In this document: positions 58,822 through 64,000 of the stretch, piece by piece
Position numbering within the stretch: position 1 is the first letter of the stretch
How the letters are laid out: every line of letters begins with the position of its first letter
Source: a virus
Strand: one strand, 5' to 3'
Length of the DNA stretch: 64,000 nt
IMG/VR virus record: IMGVR_UViG_3300025732_000017
Made by a program: the position numbers and the translations under genes
The notes under the pieces: generated by a model
What the model was told of the DNA's origin: nothing
The model's database searches: none
The model's input: the letters and a program-made list of their open reading frames with translations, nothing else

Positions 58822-60027
58822 ATGGCAAAGAAAAATCTAGCAGAAGCAGCTGCCGCAATTCTTTCAGGCAACATGGCTTCTCTAAAACCAATGTCAAAGG
58901 GTGGCGAGGCTTTCGGTCAAGCCGGTGCTACACCAGCTGTAGCCACACCTGGTCAAGAAGGTTCACCACAAACAATTCAGCCTGCTATTGCATCAGCTGA
59001 CGAAGCCGGCGTATCAAAGGCTACCGCTGCTGCTCCAACAGCAACTCCTCCAGGAGCAAAGCCAGCTCCAGCTGAGCCAATGCAGAAGGCTCCACCTCAA
59101 GTCAATGAAGAAGACGATGAGGAAGAAAAGAAAATGCATAATGAAGAATCTGATGATATGAAAAAAGAAACATATCACATGAAAAATGAAGAGAAAGACG
59201 AAGACGAGGAAGAAGAGAAGTCTGAAAAAGACGAAGACGAGAAAGAAGACGATGAAGACGACAAGAAGGCCATGAAAGAAGATCTTGACGCTCTTTTCCA
59301 CGGCGAAAATCTTTCCGAAGATTTCATGAACAAGGCTGCAACCATTTTTGAAGCTGCTGTAACTGCAAGAGTCAATTCTCTTGAAGAGAAGATCCAGGAA
59401 CAGTATGCTGAAATCCTTGAGCAAGTAACAGAAGAACTCAAGGAAGAACTAACAACAAAGGTTGACGACTATCTAAATTATGTCGTTGAAGAATGGGTTA
59501 AGGAAAACGAATTGGCAGTAGAGTCTGGTCTACGTTCAGAGTTGACCGAAGACTTCATTGCTGGTCTCCGCAACCTATTCGTTGAACACTACATTGACAT
59601 TCCAGAAGAGAAAGTTGATGTAGTTGAGGAAATGACCTCAAAGGTCGTTGAACTTGAAAGCAAATTGAATGAACAGATCTCTTCTGCAGTTGAGATGAGA
59701 AAACTAATCATCGAATACGCAAAGAGAGAAGCATTCCATGATATTTGTGAAGGACTAACATCAACTCAAGTTGAGAAGATGAAGTCATTGTCTGAAGGTG
59801 TTGAATTCTCAACAGTTGAAGACTACACACAAAGTCTCTTGACTCTTCGCGAAAATTATTTCCCAACAAAGTCTCCAGCAAAGTCAAACAACGAAAGACT
59901 TGATGAAGAAACTGATGTTGTGGAAGAGACACAGAGAACGAGTCTTGAAGAAGCAAAGGCTAACAAGATTGCTGACCCAGTAATGGAAGCATATGTTAAG
60001 TCAATCAGTCGCACAATAGTAAAATAA
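58822..60027 (+). CDS. gp22: Prohead scaffold gp22
   Basis: Acidic coiled coil; KAATIFEAAV, KVDDYLNYVVEEW..EN, FVEHYID.PEEK, M.AY motifs. Confidence 0.95.
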   Translation: MAKKNLAEAAAAILSGNMASLKPMSKGGEAFGQAGATPAVATPGQEGSPQTIQPAIASADEAGVSKATAAAPTATPPGAKPAPAEPMQKAPPQVNEEDDEEEKKMHNEESDDMKKETYHMKNEEKDEDEEEEKSEKDEDEKEDDEDDKKAMKEDLDALFHGENLSEDFMNKAATIFEAAVTARVNSLEEKIQEQYAEILEQVTEELKEELTTKVDDYLNYVVEEWVKENELAVESGLRSELTEDFIAGLRNLFVEHYIDIPEEKVDVVEEMTSKVVELESKLNEQISSAVEMRKLIIEYAKREAFHDICEGLTSTQVEKMKSLSEGVEFSTVEDYTQSLLTLRENYFPTKSPAKSNNERLDEETDVVEETQRTSLEEAKANKIADPVMEAYVKSISRTIVK

Positions 60028-60050
60028 ATTTTTTAAAGGAGTTAACTTAA

Positions 60051-61388
60051 ATGCAACTTACTGAACAATTAGTACAAAAGTGGGGTCCAGTTCTGGAACA
60101 TCCAGATCTCCCAAAGATTGCCGATCCGTATAAGAGAGCTGTTACGGCTATGGTACTTGAGAACCAACAGATTGCTTCTGCTCAGCAGGCAGCATTCATG
60201 GGTGGTGATCGTAGTTTCCTAGCAGAATCAGCACCAACAAACGCAACCGGCGCATCAATCAGCAACTACGATCCAATCCTAATCTCATTGGTTCGTCGTG
60301 CGCTTCCAAACTTGATCGCATACGATATCTGCGGCGTTCAGCCAATGACAGGCCCAACAGGCTTGATTTTCGCAATGCGCGCAAAGTACGATTCACAGAC
60401 TGGTACAGAAGCCCTGTTCACAGAAGCAAATACCAAGTTCTCTGCTGCTAACAAACTTGGTGCAAATGGTGCATCTCAGAATCATCAGTCTTCTGGTGGC
60501 GAAGGTTATGTTGACTATACTCTTGCCAACACAGGTAACGGTATGACAACAGCCCAGGGTGAAGCACTAGGTGACTCTGGTACAAATCTATTTGCTGAAA
60601 TGGCATTCTCAATCGAGAAAGTTACAGTAACTGCTCGTGAGCGTGCATTGAAGGCAGAATACACTCTAGAACTTGCACAAGACTTGAAGGCAATTCATGG
60701 TCTTGATGCTGAGACAGAACTTGCAAACATTCTGTCAACAGAAATTCTAGCAGAAATCAACCGTGAAGTTATCCGCACAATCTATGCAACAGCAAAGTTG
60801 GGCTGCTCTTCAGGTACAACAACTGCCGGTACATTTGACTTGGATACCGACTCAAATGGTCGTTGGTCAGTTGAAAAGTTCAAGGGTCTTATCTTCCAGA
60901 TCGAACGCGAAGCAAACGTAATTGCTCGTGCAACTCGTCGTGGCAAGGGTAACATCGTAGTATGCTCATCTGACGTTGCTTCTGCAATGGCAATGGCTGG
61001 CGTTCTACAGTACACCCCAGCACTTCAGGCCGATCTACAGGTAGACGACACAGGTAACACATTTGCTGGTCTTCTACACAACCGTATCAAGGTCTACATT
61101 GATCCTTACTACGGTCAGACATCTGGTGCAACAAATGCAGCAGAACTTGTAACAGTTGGTTATAAGGGAACATCACCTTATGACGCTGGCTTGTTCTACT
61201 GCCCATACGTTCCACTACAGATGGTTCGTGCAATCGGACAAGACACATTCCAGCCACGTATCGGATTCAAGACACGTTACGGAATGGTAGCAAATCCGTT
61301 CGCAGAAGGTGCAACAGCAGGTTTGGGCGTGCTTTCAAATCGCTCAAACAACTACTATCGTATCTTCAGAGTTACAAACTTGATGTAA
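60051..61388 (+). CDS. gp23: Major capsid protein gp23
   Basis: YDPILISLVRR.LP.LIAYDICGVQPMTGPTGLIFAMR, ALKAEYTLELAQDLKAIHGLDAE, FYCPYVPL motifs. Confidence 0.99.
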   Translation: MQLTEQLVQKWGPVLEHPDLPKIADPYKRAVTAMVLENQQIASAQQAAFMGGDRSFLAESAPTNATGASISNYDPILISLVRRALPNLIAYDICGVQPMTGPTGLIFAMRAKYDSQTGTEALFTEANTKFSAANKLGANGASQNHQSSGGEGYVDYTLANTGNGMTTAQGEALGDSGTNLFAEMAFSIEKVTVTARERALKAEYTLELAQDLKAIHGLDAETELANILSTEILAEINREVIRTIYATAKLGCSSGTTTAGTFDLDTDSNGRWSVEKFKGLIFQIEREANVIARATRRGKGNIVVCSSDVASAMAMAGVLQYTPALQADLQVDDTGNTFAGLLHNRIKVYIDPYYGQTSGATNAAELVTVGYKGTSPYDAGLFYCPYVPLQMVRAIGQDTFQPRIGFKTRYGMVANPFAEGATAGLGVLSNRSNNYYRIFRVTNLM

Positions 61389-61422
61389 TTCTAAGAACAA
61401 AAAGAAAGCAAGACTACAACTT

Positions 61423-61451
61423 GAGGGGGAACTTCGGTTCCCCCTCTTTTT
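61423..61451 (+). terminator. Rho-independent terminator after gp23
   Basis: GAGGGGGAAC-TTCG-GTTCCCCCTC followed by TTTTT (C-UUCG-G tetraloop). Confidence 0.95.
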
Positions 61452-61454
61452 GTT

Positions 61455-61462
61455 TATAAATA
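61455..61462 (+). promoter_or_regulatory. T4-type late promoter for gp3
   Basis: Exact TATAAATA. Confidence 0.8.
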
Positions 61463-61477
61463 TCGTAGAGGTAAAAC

Positions 61478-61996
61478 ATGGCAAAACTAAACAAGCAACC
61501 AGAAAATACAAGTTTTCTACAACCAACAAAATTTCAGTTGACATTCACAAGAATGCCACACTTGACTTATTTTTGCCAAACGTTCAATCTACCTGGTTTG
61601 TCAATGTCAGAAATTGTGCAAAACACTCCATTTGTAGATCTATATGTACATGGTGACAAAGTTCAATATGAACCATTGGATTTGACTTTCATGGTAGATG
61701 AAGATCTTCGTTCGTGGTTGGAGATGCACAACTGGATAACTGGACTTACATTTCCTAAAAACTTTGAACAGTATCGTCGTCTATTGAAAGACAATCAAGA
61801 CTATGGTGGCACTGTATCAGATGCAATCATGACGATAATGTCAAATAAGAATACACCGAATATTCGTATAACATTTAGAGACTGTTTTCCTACCATGGTA
61901 TCTTCAGTCTCATTTGATTACACGATGGATGCAAGCATGACACTAACAGCTTCTGCAACATTCCGATATAACTATTTTGATGTTGACATTCTTTGA
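61478..61996 (+). CDS. gp3: Tail completion protein gp3
   Basis: FLQPTKF...R.P..TYFCQ..NLPG, F.VDEDL..W.E...W, F..CFP motifs. Confidence 0.85.
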   Translation: MAKLNKQPENTSFLQPTKFQLTFTRMPHLTYFCQTFNLPGLSMSEIVQNTPFVDLYVHGDKVQYEPLDLTFMVDEDLRSWLEMHNWITGLTFPKNFEQYRRLLKDNQDYGGTVSDAIMTIMSNKNTPNIRITFRDCFPTMVSSVSFDYTMDASMTLTASATFRYNYFDVDIL

Positions 61997-62011
61997 TTTA
62001 TAGTGTATAGT
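61983..62011 (+). promoter_or_regulatory. Sigma70-type promoter for uvsY-uvsW
   Basis: TTGACA (61983-61988), 17-nt spacer, TATAGT (62006-62011). Confidence 0.8.
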
Positions 62012-62037
62012 CACTATATTTCCAAGAATGGTGGATT

Positions 62038-62481
62038 ATGATCAGAAACATTGATGACTTGATGGAAGCATGGAAGAAAGATTCACAGATTGATAGCACC
62101 GAGTTGGGCACAGAGTCCATTCGTCTATCGTCTCTACATGCCAAATACATAGAAGTATATAAGCATCAGAAGATGCGCGAACAGAAACTTCAGTTTGATC
62201 TCAACAAATTGACCAAGTTGAAATGGAGATATTATGATGGCAAACTCAATGGCACAGAAGAACTTGAGCAACTTGGTTGGGAACCCATGCGTGAAAAGTA
62301 TCTTCGCGCCGACATTGGCACCATGATTGATGGTGACGATGACGTTCTTGAGATCAAGAACAAGTTATCATATACGGAACTTTTCGTTGACTGTTGCGAA
62401 AAGATCATCAAGGAAATCCACCAGCGTTCATTCAATTTGAAGAATGCTATAGAATGGCAGAAGTTTACGCAAGGTGTCTGA
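62038..62481 (+). CDS. uvsY: Recombination mediator UvsY
   Basis: W.KDS.ID...L..ES....LH.KY, KWRYY.GK, IH.R.F.LKNAIEW.KF..G motifs. Confidence 0.92.
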   Translation: MIRNIDDLMEAWKKDSQIDSTELGTESIRLSSLHAKYIEVYKHQKMREQKLQFDLNKLTKLKWRYYDGKLNGTEELEQLGWEPMREKYLRADIGTMIDGDDDVLEIKNKLSYTELFVDCCEKIIKEIHQRSFNLKNAIEWQKFTQGV

Positions 62482-63961
62482 GAAAATAATCGTTGCAAAA
62501 AAGAATGAAGCATACATAATGATCTCTTGCGAGCGTAGTGTCGCACGGGAAATTTCTGACTACTTCACATTCTATGTTCCAGGATATCAATTTACTCCAG
62601 CGTTTCGCAATCGTCTCTGGGACGGCAAGATACGCATGTATGACACTAGAGATTCTACTCTCTATTATGGTCTAATACCGCATCTACAATCTTTTGCCGA
62701 AGAACGCAACTACAAGATTATCTTTGATGACAAGGTTCTTCAAACAACTTCTTTCTCTTTGCATGAAGCAAAAGAATATGCTGAGTCTTTGCAAATACAA
62801 AGCCGCAACAAGGATATTGAGGCTAGAGATTATCAAATAGAAGCATTTGCACATTGTATTCGTAATCGTAGACAAATGTTGATATCTCCAACAGCATCAG
62901 GTAAATCACTTATTGCATATCTTATCACGCGACATATGACAGATCAAGATAAAAAAGGATTGATCATTGTTCCTACGACATCTCTAGTTGAGCAGTTATA
63001 TACAGATTTCCAAGATTACTCAACGAAAAATGGTTGGAGTGTTGAAGATAATATTCATAGAATCTATTCTGGTCGTGAAAAGTCTTCCGATAAACTTGTG
63101 ACAATATCTACTTGGCAATCTCTATATACTTTGCCAAAAAACTATTTCAATTATGAATGGGTTATCGGAGACGAAGCACATAACTTCAAGGCCAAGTCGC
63201 TCACAACGATCATGACCAATCTAGACAATGCTTCTCTACGCATTGGCATGACTGGAACACTTGATGGAACAAAGACGCACAAACTTGTTCTTGAAGGTCT
63301 GTTTGGTCCTGTACGCAAGACAGTAACCACAAAAGAACTTATTGACAAGAAACAACTGTCCGACTTTGAGATCAAGTGTCTCGTCCTAAAATATCCAGAA
63401 GAGATCTCTCGTCTTCTCAAGGATGCAAAATATATTGACGAGATGAAATATATCGTGACGAGCGATGCACGAAACAAGTTCATTCGGAATCTTGTTCTAT
63501 CGCTTGAGGGCAATACTCTCATTCTTTTCCAATATGTTGACAATCATGGAAAAGGATTGCATAAATTGATTGAAGAAAAAGCTGAAGGTAGAAAAGTCTT
63601 TTTTGTCCATGGTGGAACAGAAACGGAAACCAGAGAAGAGATTCGTGCAATCGTTGAAAAGGAAAACAATGCAATCATAGTTGCATCATATGGCACATTC
63701 TCCACTGGTATCAATGTTCGCAATCTTCACAACATCATCTTTGCCTCACCATCCAAGAGTCGCATTCGCAATCTGCAGTCCATTGGTCGTGGATTGAGAC
63801 TTGGTGACAACAAGAAAAAGGCTGTACTTTTTGATATAGCTGATGATCTACGATACAAGAAACATGAGAACTTTACCTTGAAACATTTCCGGGATCGTGT
63901 TAGAATATACAATGAAGAGCGTTTTGAATACAAACTATATAACATAGAACTCAAGGTATAA
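62474..63961 (+). CDS. uvsW: SF2 helicase UvsW
   Basis: WDGKIR, RDYQ, SPTASGKS, IGDEAH, GMTGTL, ASYGTFSTGIN, QSIGRGLR motifs. Confidence 0.97.
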   Translation: MSEKIIVAKKNEAYIMISCERSVAREISDYFTFYVPGYQFTPAFRNRLWDGKIRMYDTRDSTLYYGLIPHLQSFAEERNYKIIFDDKVLQTTSFSLHEAKEYAESLQIQSRNKDIEARDYQIEAFAHCIRNRRQMLISPTASGKSLIAYLITRHMTDQDKKGLIIVPTTSLVEQLYTDFQDYSTKNGWSVEDNIHRIYSGREKSSDKLVTISTWQSLYTLPKNYFNYEWVIGDEAHNFKAKSLTTIMTNLDNASLRIGMTGTLDGTKTHKLVLEGLFGPVRKTVTTKELIDKKQLSDFEIKCLVLKYPEEISRLLKDAKYIDEMKYIVTSDARNKFIRNLVLSLEGNTLILFQYVDNHGKGLHKLIEEKAEGRKVFFVHGGTETETREEIRAIVEKENNAIIVASYGTFSTGINVRNLHNIIFASPSKSRIRNLQSIGRGLRLGDNKKKAVLFDIADDLRYKKHENFTLKHFRDRVRIYNEERFEYKLYNIELKV

Positions 63962-63963
63962 CC

Positions 63964-64000
63964 ATGGAAATACTTTATATAAAACTAAAGAATGGTACGG
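63964..64000 (+). CDS. Start of a hypothetical gene (MEILYIKLKNGT..., runs off window end)
   Basis: ATG two nt after the uvsW stop; only 12 codons visible. Confidence 0.45.
   Translation, partial: MEILYIKLKNGT

Noticed and set aside
59014-59956. Antisense ORFs over gp22
   Set aside because: Phe/Ser/Leu-rich mirror of the Glu/Lys-rich sense gene.
1-64000. Stop-codon reassignment, introns, inteins or homing endonucleases
   Set aside because: Core genes (gp17, gp18, gp20, gp23, uvsW) are continuous and of expected size; TAA, TGA and TAG all end genes; no HNH, GIY-YIG or LAGLIDADG motifs noticed.
1-64000. tRNA, rRNA or other structured ncRNA genes
   Set aside because: Intergenic gaps are under 100 nt and contain only promoters, RBSs and terminators; no cloverleaf seen.

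Overview
The whole window is a T4-like (T-even superfamily) myophage genome segment. It is AT-rich, almost fully coding, and translates cleanly with the standard code. I saw no tRNA/rRNA genes, CRISPR array, integrase, intron or homing endonuclease. Left end: replication/late-transcription genes gp33 (partial), gp59 and gp32. Next is a minus-strand block (gp4, gp2, gp54-like, gp26-like, gp51-like, and a 651-aa hub/tape-measure-like protein with a lysozyme-fold domain). A long plus-strand virion operon follows: baseplate (gp48, gp53, hub, gp5, PAAR, gp25, gp6, gp7-like, gp8, split VrlC/DUF4815-like), a ~21-kb mosaic tail-fibre region (26.1-47.1 kb) that includes a small enzyme island, then neck, terminase, sheath, tube, portal, prohead and capsid genes (gp13-gp23), gp3, uvsY and uvsW. 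Gene names come from recognised motifs and synteny, not from database searches. Best leads: (1) a T TTT TTC slippery site that would fuse gp26-like to gp51-like directly upstream of the tape-measure-like gene, as in lambda G/GT; (2) a repeated fibre-adaptor/tip system with matching C- and N-terminal sequences, suggesting mix-and-match receptor-binding tips; (3) a 2OG-Fe(II) oxygenase plus PP-loop enzyme island inside the fibre cluster; (4) relocated cell-wall hydrolases (M15 peptidase on gp5, degenerate GH24 fold on the hub protein). The host cannot be determined from this window.
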